This document shows positions 12,895-26,500 of a stretch of DNA of 64,000 nucleotides, in pieces. The DNA is from Laetmonice hystrix (Eukaryota), in contig OZ249436.1 of NCBI GenBank assembly GCA_965235115.1, positions 17,548,001 to 17,612,000 of the forward strand, read 5' to 3'. Made by a program: the position numbers and the translations under genes. The notes under the pieces are model-generated. The model searched no databases, had not been told where the DNA came from, and saw only the letters and a list, made by a program, of their open reading frames with translations. How positions within the stretch are numbered: position 1 is the stretch's first letter; each line of letters starts with the position of its first letter.

Positions 12895-13905
12895 TGAACA
12901 CACCTCCACCCACATCAGACGGTCAGCCCAGGTTATCTACACACCTCCCACCCACATCAGACGATCAGCCCAGGTTATCTAGGCACCTCCACCCACATTA
13001 GACGATCAGCCCAGGTTATCTACACACCTCCACCCACATCAGACGATCAGCCCAGGTTATCTACACACCTCCACCTACATCAGACGACCAGCCCAGGTTA
13101 TCTACACACCTCCCACCCACATCAGACGATCAGCCCAGGTTATCTACGCACCTCCACCCACATTAGACGATCAGCCCAGGTTATCTACACACCTCCACCC
13201 ACATTAGACGATCAGCCCAGGTTATCTACACACCTCCACCCACATCAGACGATCAGCCCAGGTTATCTACACAACCAGGTTATCTACGCACCTCCACCCA
13301 CATTAGACGATCAGCCCAGGTTATCTACACAACCAGGTTATCTACGCACCTCCACCCACATTAGACGATCAGCCCAGGTTATCTACACACCTCCACCTAC
13401 ATCAGACGACCAGCCCAGGTTATCTACATACCTCCACCCACATCAGACCGATCAGCCCAGGTTATCTACGCACCTCCACCCACATCAGACGATCAGCCCA
13501 GGTTATCTACACACCTCCACCCACATCAGACCGATCAGCCCAGGTTATCTACGCACCTCCACCCACATCAGACGATCAGCCCAGGTTATCTACGCACCTC
13601 CACCCACATCAGACGACCAGCCCAGGTTATCTACGCACCTCCCACCCACATTAGACGATCAGCCCAGGTTATCTACACACCTCCCACCCACATCAGACGA
13701 TCAGCCCAGGTTATCTGCACACCTCCACCCACATCAGACGACCAGCCCAGGTTATCTACACACCTCCCACCCACATCAGACGATCAGCCCAGGTTATCTA
13801 CACACCTCCACCCACATCAGACGACCAGCCCAGGTTATCTACACACCTCCACCCACATCAGACGACCAGCCCAGGTTATCTACACACCTCCACCCACATC
13901 AACGA
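12895..13905. repeat. 41-bp minisatellite, about 24 copies
   Basis: Unit CACACCTCCACCCACATCAGACGATCAGCCCAGGTTATCTA. Confidence 0.95.
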
Positions 13906-14402
13906 GCAGTGCATGATACCCACAGTTAATGTCATGGCTAGGAATGAGCGAATTCGAATCTTTAAAGGCCCTTACCGTTCCTTACCAGATGCGGTAACCA
14001 AACATCTATAAGAAACTACTAAGGGGTAAGAGTGTTTGATATGAAGTGGGAAGACGTCGAATTTCTAATATTGTGAGCTATTATTTTCTTTCTTTCTTTT
14101 TGTCTAGTTGAAAGGGGAAATTTGTAAATCAAACAAAAATCAAGAATAGAGGTTACTGCTTCTTCAGGTGGAGTGGAATGACGGGCGAAAATCGAACCCA
14201 AATCGGCGACCGCAAAGGCGTTGCAGTTCTGTGCTATCAAAGAACGAGGAATCTTAAACTCATCTTCAGATTTCGTATTTTTTATTTTTTCGAAATTGTA
14301 ACAACTTGTAGTCAACTTTATTAAACATGAAGGCGGGGGGGGGGGGGCTCCGAGGACTTCTAGACTCCTTCATTGGAATTCGGAATAGAAACATCTCAGC
14401 GT

Positions 14403-17400
14403 TCAGTCGTCCTTATTGCGATTTTCAACCTTCAGCCAAACACCATTGATTGGCTGCAGCAGTCCGCCGAACTTGAAGGTCAACGGAATCTGGAACAAAT
14501 ATATTGGTCGCTTCACTGTTCCACGCCAGGTGAAATATCACAAAATATAATAATACAAGAAGGCAGGGTTTGCAACAAAAATTATTGTTTTCTTTCTTCA
14601 TTCGTGTCCTAAAATCCATACTGCTCGTCCCTTCGTGAACTTTATTCGACTTCAATCCTACATTAATACATTAATACCTTGTTACATTCAGCAATTATCT
14701 ATATGTAAAGGTGTGTGCACATTGCCAGTCAGCATATTGATCTATCTATATAAAGAGGTGTCTACATTGCTTGAATGTTTTACCTGTGTTTTCCCACAAG
14801 TAACCACCCTGGTTTTCCGAAGTATGTGGACGATGCCGATTTTCACCTCAAGCAGGGCAAGTCGCATCGCAATGCAGTTTCTTGGGCCATAGCCAAATGG
14901 GATCCAATCGAATGGGCCTCGCTGAGCCTTGTTCTCGGCAGAAAATCTGCCGTATATCATAGAGATTATCACTGGTGTACATATATCATAGACTAGCATT
15001 AGTGTATCATATAGACTATCACTGGTGTACATATCATAGACTAGCATTAGTATATCATATAGACTATCACTGGTGTACATATCATAGACTAGCATTAGTA
15101 TATCATATAGACTATCACTGGTGTACATATCATAGACTAGCATTAGTATATCATATAGACTATCACTGGTGTACATATCATAGACTAGCATTAGTATATC
15201 ATATAGACTATCACTGGTGTAAATATCATAGACTCTTTAGTCAGAACAAGTCTTACCTTTCAGGTTTGAATTTCTCAGGCTCAGGCCATCTTTTCTCGTC
15301 ATGGTGTATCCCAAAGATAGGAATGTTCACCATCATGCCTTTCCTCAGATGGATGCCATTAATAGTGACATCTCGCGCGGCTTCGCGGTTTCCCCTAAAC
15401 ATGAAATTTTCCAGCAGTAAAAGAAATAATCCTTGTCTGACTGCGTGTAAAAGGTACACTACAGGAATGTCTATAAGTTGATATCAAGTTAATGTAGACG
15501 TGAGATTGTAGATATCAAGTTAATGTAGACGTGAGATTGTAGATATCAAGTTAATGTAGACGTGAGATTGTAGACATCAAGTTAATGTAGACGTGAGATT
15601 GTAGATATCAAGTTAATGTAGACGTGAGATTGTAGATATCAAGTTAATGTAGACGTGAGATTGTAGATATCAAGTTAATGTAGACGTGAGATTGTAGATA
15701 TCAAGTTAATGTAGACGTGAGATTGTAGATATCAAGTTAATGTAGACGTGAGATTAGCTGTCATTACAGTATCAGTTGCCCGGCATTGTAACATTTTGGT
15801 GTGACGGATAATAGTCACGTGTACTGACTGAAAGTTGGGGATATAGTCACGTGTACTGACTGAAAGTTGGGGATATAGTTACGTGTACTGACTGAAAGTT
15901 GGGGATATAGTTACGTGTACTGACTGAAAGGTGCGGATATAGTCACGTGTACTGACTGAAAGGTGGGGATATAGTCACGTGTACTGACTGAAAGGTGCTG
16001 ATATAGTCACGTGTACTCAGTGAAAGGTGGGGATATAGTCACGTGTACTGAGTAAAAGGTGCTGATATAGTCACGTGTACTCAGTGAAAGGTGGGGATAT
16101 AGTCAAGTGTACTGATTGAAAGGTGGGGATATAGTTTCGTGTACTGAGTGAAAGGTGGGGATATAGTTACGTGTACTCACTGAAAGGCGGGCGGATAGAA
16201 TCGAAGTGATTCCATGAGGCACTGGTCCAAGTACTGCATTCCTTTCACGGTCTCATATTTCACATCCTTGTTTAAGGAGGAGTAAATAAATTACCAATAT
16301 TAAATCAAATAATCCAAGAGTCAATATAATTGTGCCTACTCGTATTCAATCTTATTTACCTAGATGTCTGACATCTGCAAGTAGTTCATCTGGTTAACCC
16401 AGTAAGCCTACCCTTGATGGCCAGGTTTAAAGGCAAAACTTGGCTAGAGGTAATCTTCTAGGTACATGTGTACATGTATTCTGACCTTGTCTCCGACAGT
16501 GTCCTCTATCTCCCGGGCTAGTTTCTCCTGACAGTTTGGGTTTAAAGCCATGTTGTACAGGAAAAGGGACAAAGTAGTTGCCGTGGTGTCAAATCCAGCC
16601 AGGAAGAAAAGGAAGCTATTGGCCAGGACCACCTCATTTGAGACACCTAACTCAGTCACAAGAACAAGAAACAAGTATAGAAAGAGGCGCATCAACGAAT
16701 CCTTCTTCTTTTTTTTTTTTACTTATTTTTGTTTTGCCGCAGATCTGAAAACATTAGTGTGTTATCCATAGATGTCAGTTCCTATGCTACAGCATAGGGT
16801 AATCGTAGGCTGTGACAAAGTGATCCACTAGGTCTCTGTGTCCAGTCCTTGAGATCGCCAGGCTGTGACAAAGTTACCCACTAGGTGTCTGTGTCCAGTC
16901 CTTGAGATCGCAAGGCTGTGACAAAGTTACCCACTAGGTCTCTGTGTCCTGTCCTTGAGATCGCTAGGCTGTGACAAAGTTACCCACCATGTCTCTGTGT
17001 CCAGTCTTTGAGATCGCGGGGCTGTGACAAAGTTACCCACTAGGTCTCTGTGCCCTGTCCTTGAGATCGCAAGGCTGTGACAAAGTTACCCATTAGGTCT
17101 CTGTGTCCTGTCCTTGAGATTGCTAGGCTGTGACAAAGTTACCCACTAGGTCTCTGTGCCCTGTCCTTGAAATCGCAAGGCTGTGACAAAGTTACCCACT
17201 AGGTGTCTGTGTCCAGTCCTTGAGATCGCTAGGCTGTGACAAAGTTACCCACTCGGTCTCTGTGTCCAGTCCTTGAGATCGCAGGGCTGTGACAAAGTTA
17301 CCCACTAGGTGTCTGTGTCCAGTCCTTGAGATCGCTAGGCTGTGTCAAAGGTACCTACCATGTTTCTGTGGCCTGTCCTTGGGATTGCTAGTCTGTGTCA

Positions 17401-20400
17401 AAGGTACCCACCATGTTTCTGTGGCCTGTCCTTGAGATCGCTGACCTCGCTTTCGTCACCCTCCGCGTCCTCTCCAGTGTCCCGGATGTCCTCCCCTTTC
17501 TGGGCGTTGATCATCAGCTGCAGGAAGTCTGCCCTGGTCTGCGTGGAGTATACAATCAGCCCTCATTAACTGTATCCTGGCTCCGGTTTCAGAAAGGCTC
17601 TAAACAGTAAGCTTGAAGCTAAGCAGAGCGCTACGGTGACTCACGAGGACACTTTGTCTGGTCCTCTTGTCCTACCCCTTATCCAATCAGCCATCAGTAA
17701 CTGTAAGATCGAGGGGTTAGGGCCCTGCCCCTTACCAGGTCGGATCGAGGGGTTAGGGCCCGGCCCCTTATACCTGGTCGGATCGAGGGGGTTAGGGGGC
17801 CTGCCCTTTACCTGGTCGGATCGAGGGGTTAGGGCCCGGTCCTTTACCTGGTCGGATCGAGGGGTTAGGGCCTGCCCCTTACCTGGTCGGATCGAGGGGT
17901 TAGGGGCCCGTCCTTTACCTGGTCGGATCGAGGGGTTAGGGCCCGGCCCCTTATACCTGGTCGGATCGAGGGGGTTAGGGGGCCTGTCCTTTACCTGGTC
18001 GGATCGAGGGGTTAGGGGCCTGCCCCTTACCTGGTCGACTCAAGGGGTTAGGGGCCTGTCCTTTACCTGGTCGGATCGAGGGGTTAGGGCCGTGCCCCTT
18101 ACCTAGTCGGATCGAGGGCTTAGGGCCGTGCCCCTTACCAGGTCGGATCGAGGGGTTAGGGGCCTGCCCCTTACCTGGGCGGATCGAGGGGTTAGGGGGC
18201 CTGCCCCTTACCTGGTCGCTATCCTGTCGTCGAGATTTCATTGTTTGCTCAAGAACACCAATGAAAAAGTTGCGGACATCTCTTGGAACGAAGGTCGTTA
18301 TGCCCAGCAGTTTTAGTAACTTTCGTAGGCCCGGGAGCATCACTGAAATGGTTCACAAAAAACATAATTTTATAGTTTTTATGTCGTCGAACCACGGCAA
18401 AGCACGATTCATCGATGGTCTAATGAAAGATTGTCGAACTGCAAGTTTAATATGCCAATGTTTCGAATGAAAACGTGCAGAGCATTTCAAGCGACATTTA
18501 AGTTACACGTAATTAGGCACAGTTGAATTTGATTTACTACACACACGTACACATGAAAAAGGTGAAAGGGCTAACTTGGAATGCCCTCAATCCGTTCTTC
18601 ACAAAGGCACTTTCTTTATCCTTCAGAGAGTCGAGTCGGATTCCAAAAGCTGTGGCGGCAATGACATCCATCGTAAAACTAGAAGCACATCTGAAGAAAC
18701 ATAGAAATGACCTTTTTCTTAGATTACAAATACTCAAGGCGAATTTACACAAAACCTTGAGGCTGGGGTGGCAGAGTACATATCTGCAAACATTTTAAAG
18801 CACAATTTTCAATACAGTAGTTATTATTCTAACATAATCTTTCTATACTGAAACTGATATTGAGACGAAGTGGAAGGATTGGATATATTAATATAAAGTA
18901 ATCCACGTACTTCTTCATTTCAAGTTCATGTCCATGTTGCTCTGCCAAATTCTCAGCCATCTGGGCACCACATCTGTTAATCTCAACTGCCATCTGTAAT
19001 ACCGCAAACATTTTTATATCATAATGATTACATTGTCGACGTAATGAGGAGATACATATAAAACTACATGCATAGGGGCATAAATGCACAACAAAATACA
19101 TAACAACAACTATAGTTTAAAAAATTGGATTGGAATAGACTGGCCAGAGTATATGCTATATAGAGGGGCCAGGGTATATGCTATAGACTGACCAGGATAT
19201 ATGCTATAGACTAACCAGGGTATATGGTATAGGCTGACCAGGGTATATGCTACAGACTGACCGGGGTATATGCTATAGACTGACCAGGGTATATGTTATA
19301 GACTGACCAGGGCTATAGACTGACCAGGGTACACCGTATATGCTATAGGCTGACCAGGGTATATGCTATAGACTGACTAGGGTACATGCTATAGACTGAC
19401 CAGAGTTTTTGCTATAGATTGACCAGGGTATATGCTATAGACTGACCAGCGTATATGCTATAGACTGACCATCTTATGCTAATGACTGACCTGAGTATGG
19501 TAATTATTAATTTACCTACCCGTTTAAGTTTTCCAGTGCTGAACACTGGACTCATTACTGTGCGTAGATCCTTCCAGCTCTCGCCTCGTGCATTCGACAA
19601 CATTTTGTCGAAAAGTTCATCGCCAGAGGTGAGGTTCTTCATCAGCCACAGAAATATATAATTGACTCTATTTCGGTGAAGTATAATTGACGAGAAATCG
19701 TTAAGTGCAAATATTTAATTAAAAAATATATACTATGTCCAAAGAAATTTTCATGAAAGTGTTGTTTGTGTGTGAGAGAGAAGTAAGATCTAAGCAAGAT
19801 ATACCAACCGCTCGATCCGTGAAGTTTGAAAAGTCCTTGACCAAAACTTGAGACAGGAAGCTGTCATCAAAAACTGTCAGGCCTGCTCTACTTCCGAAGA
19901 AGACACTGGATGAAAATGGTTTTAATATAAGACTCATTCACTTATAAATTCAGACATTAATTTTCTCATAACTGCAGGACTCGATTCTATTGGAGAGAAC
20001 TGAAAATCTCTTATAAATTTCCCAGTGTGGAGTCTACCGTTTTAAACGTCGCAATTTCATATTCAGGTATATGTATTTGTAAGATCATTTTAATGAGGAA
20101 TTACTTTGATAGTGATCATTAAAGCGTCAAGCAGCCTTGAGGTATGTTTACTTACGGTACATGTTCACCATAGGTGTTATGCAACTTGACCTCTGTCCAC
20201 GGGAACGTCTGTTTAAACAGTAACATGCGTCATGTATGTACTCCTAGACTCCTGAGCACTCCTGGCGGTTTCCCTCCCGGCGGCGCCCCCCCCCCCGTCA
20301 ACTCCCCCCCCCTGGTCAAGTTCCCACCCGGTACAGTCCCACGCGGAATGTTTCCCACCCGGTGTATTTCCCCCTGCCCAGTAATGTAAATGAATGACAC

Positions 20401-23400
20401 GAGGTACTGGACAGAGTTTCATTAATTCTTTACTTATTAACTCTGGCATTCATGGAACATTATATTGGACATATCGGGTGGATAAAAAAAACGCCCCGAA
20501 TTTCAAACTTTAATATTTCAAAAACTATGCATTATAATTCAATAACGTTTGTTTTAATATCACTTCATGATATTATCTCTGGTATGTTAAAGTTTCAGCT
20601 CAATAGTTTTTATATTAATCCCGTGGCGCTAAAAACAAAAATCATTGTCTAAAAGCGCAATGCCGGAATTAGGTCAAATATCATGCAGCTGCCAGGTGTC
20701 CAATTTGATACCTGTTTGATGCACCGCATTGTACCTTGGGTAAAAAAATTCAATATTTAGATTTTGCATGTATTACAATATGTATAATGTTGTGGACCAC
20801 TAGATATAATAAATTATGTTCTATTCCTATAGTACTTCTAGAGAAAACCAGATGTTTAATGTGCCAAACTCTACAGAGAAACTGCAACATTAGGACGATA
20901 TGACTGTAACCAGAAGTTCAAGGGAAACCGTATCATTATCACGTTTAGCAACACGTTCAGAACGTTGCGTATTTACCAATGTTGGGAAGATATTTCCCTA
21001 TCAGAGATCAGGAAGTGCATTGGCTCATAGAAAAGGAGACTGAGAGCAGTATGAAGTGAAAACGGGGGACCGATTGACCTACTCTAGTGTGAGGCCAGGG
21101 ACTCTGGGTGCGACTACAACTCGCTTTAGCCCGGCATTGCGCTTTTGTACAATGATTTTTGTTTTTAGTGCCACGGAAAAATTATCCAAGCTATTCAGTT
21201 GTAACATTAACAACTAAGAGTCATCATCATGAAGTGATATTAAGAAAAATTTCATTGAATTATAATCATTACTTTTTGAAATATTGAAGTTTAAATTTCG
21301 GGGCGTTTTTTTATCCACCCGATATATCAAATTATATAAAATTTCACGCAATTTCATTAATTTTTTTTACTAATGAACTCAACATATTGACAGAGGCCTA
21401 TATACCAGTCTCCGTATCAATCTTGATATCCATGCCTTAAACATTGAGCTGAACTGTTCTTTTGAAATGGGGCGCGATTGGGAAAATCGGAATTGTTTAC
21501 TTTACATTGAGAACTGTTCTTTAAAATGGCAGATTGTGAGATTGTAAGTGGCACGGCCCAATTATTTCAGGGTGAGTCGCACCGGGACTTGCTGTCTCCA
21601 TGCATTATGCTATCAGCAACGGGTCAGTCAGCCAGGATAGGGCATCCTGTGGGCCAATGCGTAACGTGGTAACGACAGACAGCTATAGAACCGGGTTACC
21701 GGATGGGATAGGAATCAGGGGGAAGAGGACGGGGGGGATATTCGGGTGGGAAACCGCCGGGGGGACCGCCGGGGGGGGGGGGGGGCGCCTAGACCCACAG
21801 GGACCGTATCCCTGGGTAGGACCGATTTTTTCGTTTTATTTGACTGATGCTCTTATAAAAGCAGGTTATAGATTTGAATTTACATTCTCTTTTTCCCACA
21901 GTAATATTTTACTGGCCTGATATTATAAGCCATGAGTGGGATATGTTAAATCTCATTGATTTATTCGATTCTCTATATCAACCATTCTCCCCCATAACCG
22001 ATCTGTCCCTAGCTTTAGCCATTCTATCCAGAACCGTACTGTCCCTACCTTTAGCCATTCTCCCCAGAGCCGATCTGTCCCTACCTTTAACCATTCTCCC
22101 CAGAACCGATCTGTCCCGGTTTAATCATTATCCCCAGAACCCATCTTACCCGTTCTTTAGTCATTCTCCCCAGAACCGATCTGTCCATACATTTAGCCAT
22201 TCTCCACAGGACAGATCTATCCCGGTGTAATCATTCTCCCCAGAACCGATCTGTCCCTACCGTTAGCCATTCTCCCCAGAATCGATCTGTCCCGGTTTAA
22301 TCATTCTCCCCAGAATTGATCTGTCGCTACCCTTAGCAACTATCCCCAGAACCGATTCTGTCCTTACCTTTGTCCATTCTCCCCAGAGCCGCATTGTTCC
22401 GACCAGTGGCAGAGGACGCGGGCCCTTTAACCCCTGCTTTGCGAAGAAGTTGAAGTCGCGGGTATTGTTCCTAAAATACAAATATTTAACACACAAGGAC
22501 TACTCAATACTGGGAGGTAATCAGAAGATCCTAATGTCACTTTTCAGTCACACATCACTGTTTTGATAACTAGACTAGGCTTACAAACAGATAAACCGAA
22601 CTCTTATAGTATGTCAAAAAATGAAATTTTCCTCTAAACGCGCTTTAGATTGTGAAGCTTCCAGCCCCCAACAAGAGCCATTGCATCTTGAAGATAGGAT
22701 AATATACTGTCCCTATGCATTGGAAGGTGGCTGATATAATGTGACTTCTAGCTTAAGTATCCATCATTAAAGGGGCATGCTATGAAACACGTTTTTGGGG
22801 ATTTGCGGCAATTATCCAACATGACCGTGTACTAGGGATCCAAGTAAATAATCCTACCACAGCATTTTGTCCTCCGACGTGTTTTCGCTGCGTATGCACA
22901 GCACAAGTAGGTTCTATACGACCAAACCTATAGATTTCTCCCGATAGCACATCTCCCGCCATAATTTGGCGGACAACCCCCCATAAACCCGCGTAATTGC
23001 ATACTGTGTCACATCCTGTGTGTGCACGTTCTGCATGTGCTTAGTCACGTGCTTTGCTTAGTTGTAAACAATTCAGCAGTGGCACTCGATCGCCCGGCAT
23101 CAGAATGCCACCCAAAAAATATTTTACGAAATCGGCAGAGAAGCGGGCAAGGGAGCTTAATAAACTTCGATTTCTCACGCAAAATGAAACTGATAAGTCT
23201 GTCTTTGTTTACTAAGCAATTTTAATGAAGGATCTCTTTATGAAAACAGCAAAAGTTCTATGAAATACCGATTTTTAACGTTTCCTCATAATATGCCCCT
23301 TTAATAGGCACTATGGGATTGTAGCTAACAGTCCACTAGGTCTGATAATGTCCATTTCAGTGTTAGTGAATGTTCTTAGACCTATCTCCTATCATATTAA

Positions 23401-23698
23401 GGCTGCTGACAGAGACAGTTAGTGAATGTTGTGAGACCTATCTCCTACCATAAGAAGGCTGCTGACAGAGACAGAACTAGTTAGTGAATGTTGTGAGACC
23501 TATCTCCTACCATAGGAAGGCTGCTGGCAGAGACAGTTAGTGAATATTGTGAGACCTATCTCCTACCATAGGAAGGCTGCCAACGGTGGCAGTTAGTAAA
23601 TTGTTTTGAGACATAATCTCCTACCATAGGAAGGCGATGATGCCAACAGTGACCAGTATAACCCACACAGGAATGTCGATCAGGTCGAGGATCAGCAT
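14403..23698 (-). CDS. CYP3A: Cytochrome P450, clan 3 (CYP3A-like), copy 1, about 519 aa
   Basis: Exons 23698-23625, 22470-22368, 20208-20156, 19905-19809, 19636-19520, 18993-18911, 18690-18551, 18342-18212, 17538-17412, 16646-16486, 16266-16181, 15394-15257, 14946-14784, 14489-14403 total 1560 nt in frame. N-terminal anchor, GPRPLP, AGFDTT, ESLR, PERF and heme motif PFGYGPRNCIA present. Symbol is family-level resemblance only. Confidence 0.93.
14955..15235. repeat. 42-bp intronic minisatellite next to the heme-exon acceptor (CYP copy 1)
   Basis: About 6.5 units here; only about 1.5 units at the equivalent site in copy 2 (27275-27355). Confidence 0.9.
15478..15755. repeat. 31-bp intronic minisatellite (CYP copy 1)
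   Basis: GATATCAAGTTAATGTAGACGTGAGATTGTA about 9 times; single copy in paralog near 28578-28606. Confidence 0.92.
15811..16190 (-). repeat. 32-bp array copying the CYP copy 1 exon 11 donor
   Basis: About 12 units of CCTTTCA|GTSAGTACACGTG; real donor GTGAGT at 16180. Confidence 0.9.
16808..17445 (-). repeat. 53-bp array copying the CYP copy 1 exon 9 end and donor
   Basis: About 12 units related to GCGATCTCAAGGACAGGCCACAGAAACATG|GTGGGTACC. Confidence 0.9.
17706..18218 (-). repeat. About 36-bp array copying the CYP copy 1 exon 8 donor
   Basis: About 14 units, most containing CGACCAG|GTAAGG or GTAAAG. Confidence 0.9.
19135..19490. repeat. 23-bp intronic minisatellite (CYP copy 1 intron 5)
   Basis: TATATGCTATAGACTGACCAGGG repeated; larger equivalent array at 33420-34110. 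Confidence 0.9.
20474..21322 (+). mobile_element. Internally deleted Tc1/mariner-type DNA transposon
   Basis: Long TIRs starting TCGGGTGGATAAAAAAA, flanked by TA on both sides. Internal relic near 21010-21085 reads IRKCIGS*KRRLRAV*SENGGPIDLL, resembling a mariner-family transposase C-terminus. Absent from CYP copy 2. Confidence 0.8.
21980..22392 (-). repeat. 36-bp array copying the CYP copy 1 exon 2 end and donor
   Basis: About 11 units of TCTGGGGAGAATGG..AAAG|GTAGGGACAGATCGG; about 1.5 units in copy 2. Confidence 0.88.
22771..23300. mobile_element. Non-autonomous DNA transposon with TTAA target duplication (Kolobok-like termini)
   Basis: TTAA|AGGGGCAT ... ATGCCCCT|TTAA; absent from the equivalent intron of copy 2. 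Confidence 0.7.
23362..23635 (-). repeat. About 56-bp array copying the CYP copy 1 exon 1 donor
   Basis: About 5 units containing CCTTCCTATG|GTAGGAGAT. Confidence 0.85.
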
Positions 23699-24584
23699 TG
23701 TCGAACGTTTGCGAGATCCAACGATTACAATGTGTACAGGAACAGAATCGTCTGCAGTCTATGGGCCAATATAGGTCGAGCATGTAGCTACCTTTCAGAT
23801 TGCCCAACGTTCAGCAATATAGGCCTACTTACAGTAAATTGTAGGTCAGTGTGCTATGGGTAGCCGATATGAGCATAACCTGGTCTAAATCGCATATTTT
23901 TCATCAGGCTTAACCCGATGTGAAAGATTTTAACAATTTTTTGGGCAAATTACAGAAAGGTACTTAGCATGTTGAAGAGAGAGCCAAACATACCGACAGA
24001 CGGACAGAATTTACAACCAGGAAGAGTAGCCGTGGCGGATTTAGGTGGGCTTTTTCAAAAGCAGGGCCCCTCCATACTATAATTGAGTTGAGCTGACCCT
24101 TAACTTGACCATCCACCCACACAGCCCCGCGAAATGGGTAAAATATATCTGCTCCCTGGATCCGCACTGCTTCATCATACAATGTAACTTACGTGGGCCC
24201 ATTACATAGGCATAGATCTACAATACAATCGATCCTTTGCAATATAACGTGGGCCCATTACATACAATGCAATCAGTCCATTGCAATAAAATACAATCTG
24301 GGCCCATTAGCCTACAATAAAACCTGACACGTGACTTATCTATTCTTAGACGTGAGTCACGCGCCCAGTGACTTGTCAACAGAAGGAGTCCGTTTACCTG
24401 AATCATTGTTGAGAATAGTTAGATCGAACCTACAAATAGTTAGATCGAACCTAAAATGATCTATGTCATCTACTACCACTGCATAGATCTATTGCTGTAG
24501 AACTGTGCGTTATCTCGCGATATTCTTCCCAATAACAACATTCACTGGGGGTCGGGGTTTGTGCGTGTAAATGTGTAAATTGTG

Positions 24585-25345
24585 AAAATAAATTAAACTA
24601 AATAAAACATACCACTACAGATGTTTTTAGAATGGAAAGCGAGTTTGTAAGTTTCTCTTTGAGTTGGCACGTACTTACCAAGACAGCGTCAAAGAACATT
24701 CATGTGGGGACGTATGCAATTATAATATTTTCACTCCAACAATATTCATGACCTCAACCAGTTGAAACCATCATAACTCATGCTCGTCGTCCAAGACAGA
24801 GACGGTCCTAGTTAAACGGCAGGTGGCAGCACCTGCTGCGCCAACAGCGAGGACTCCAACTCGAGAACGAGCGAGACATGGAAACGTCATAATGTTTTTC
24901 ATGTCTGTGAATCTGTCGAGTTTGTGTTCCTCTTTTGGTTGTATGCTTGCTGTTAATTTTGTGATGGTTGTGATGTTTTACAAAGAAATAAAATTCCTTG
25001 AAAGCCTATATTGTCTCACTTAATGGTAAATCCACAGATGCAGAGTTCTCCAAGTAGGCCCACCTATAGGCCTAGGCCTATTAGAAAATAGGGGCCTATA
25101 GGCCTATATTGGTAATGCATGTAGCCTACACAATCAACAAATAAGAATATAACAAGATCTAAAATGTAACTACAATAATGTTTGATAGATTAACCATTTT
25201 TAATAATGCAGTGCCAAACATCCGCGAGTCCAGACGTCAACATCATCTATTTTCACCAATGATTGATTACGTTTTACAACCTGACACCTACTGGCACGTC
25301 ATCTAGCCGTCAGTGAGGTCATCCACCCTGACACCTAGTGTGGCG
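24585..25345 (-). mobile_element. Interspersed repeat, inverted copy of 40430-41600
   Basis: 24620-25030 is the reverse complement of about 41030-41460; both copies end in GACCGCTAGATRGCG-type units. Confidence 0.75.
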
Positions 25346-26500
25346 CTATCTAGCGGTCAGTGAATTGAGCGGTATTGTGACAACCAGATAGATGCTATAA
25401 TATTTAACCACTACGGGCAGCTTAATCACTACAGGCCGCCATATACCCCACCTGCCTGTACTGATTAGGACCCTATATAACCTACCCCATCTGCCTGTAA
25501 TTATTAGGGGTCATTCCATGTGAAATCACCCAGGGCTCCCATAGTGATAGTCTCAGATTTGCTTCAAATTTTTTTGACATGTTGCCTGCGGTGCCAAATG
25601 AAAATATACCAAGTTTTACCTCATTATCATTTATAGTTTTTTTTTAATAGGGGGTCAAAAAAGTGGGTGTGGCTCCTTTTATCGCGACAAAAATGCTGCC
25701 GACAGATTTACTCCCATCTCTAACAAACCATAGCTCAGGAACTATCAAAGATATCAACTTGATTTTTTCAACATAGATCCTTCATCATGTACTCTCTTGT
25801 TGGCAGGTGTCAGATTAAAATTTAATCAAGTAGGAGTCAAGCAATTATCTGCTACATTTAAGCATTTTTCTGACGAAAATGAAAAATCGTCACATTTCAG
25901 ATCAGCTTTTCACCCATACCTCATAGGATGAATTGAGTTTAGTTGTTTCTAAATGATAGTACAACTAAAGGGCTTCCTACAGTAACAAATGCAGTTACTT
26001 AAGATCAGTAGTTTTTTGGCAAGAATAGCAGGTACCGGGTCTCAGCAGGAAAAAAACCTATTTGGGCCCCTTTTTTTCCCCAAATAATCCTATCCAGGAA
26101 TAGGGTTATAATAACTTCTCTTATGCTAACCTAAATCAGCACACCCTACTACAGTGCCATGACAACAGTTTAGTCTCAATATAACGTTTTAAAACCTTCA
26201 TTATGTATAAATAACATCTCTACCGATTACAAGAATTCTTTAAGCTTCATTAAACATTAAACACATTCTTTTGCCCATATCTCAGCTAATATTGGTCTCA
26301 GACAAACAAAAGTGGGGTACGCACGATAGCTCTTGATGTGGTGAATGGGAACAAATCATGTAAAACCCTCTACAGCCTTTTATTAAAAAGATATAATCCT
26401 CAGAAGCTTCAACCCCCTAGGATTTCACTTTCGTGACATTAGACCATCTATATTGTACACCCTTCTGGACTCCTTCATTGGAATAGAAATCTCTCATATT

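Noticed and set aside
12895..13905. CRISPR-like regular repeats (also 38112-38800, 56507-57299, 59680-62800)
   Set aside because: Head-to-tail units with no unique spacers, no cas genes, eukaryotic context.
17706..18218. Telomeric TTAGGG sequence (also near 9905-9935, 31770-32446, 46645-46755)
   Set aside because: Isolated hexamers inside longer units, not (TTAGGG)n arrays.
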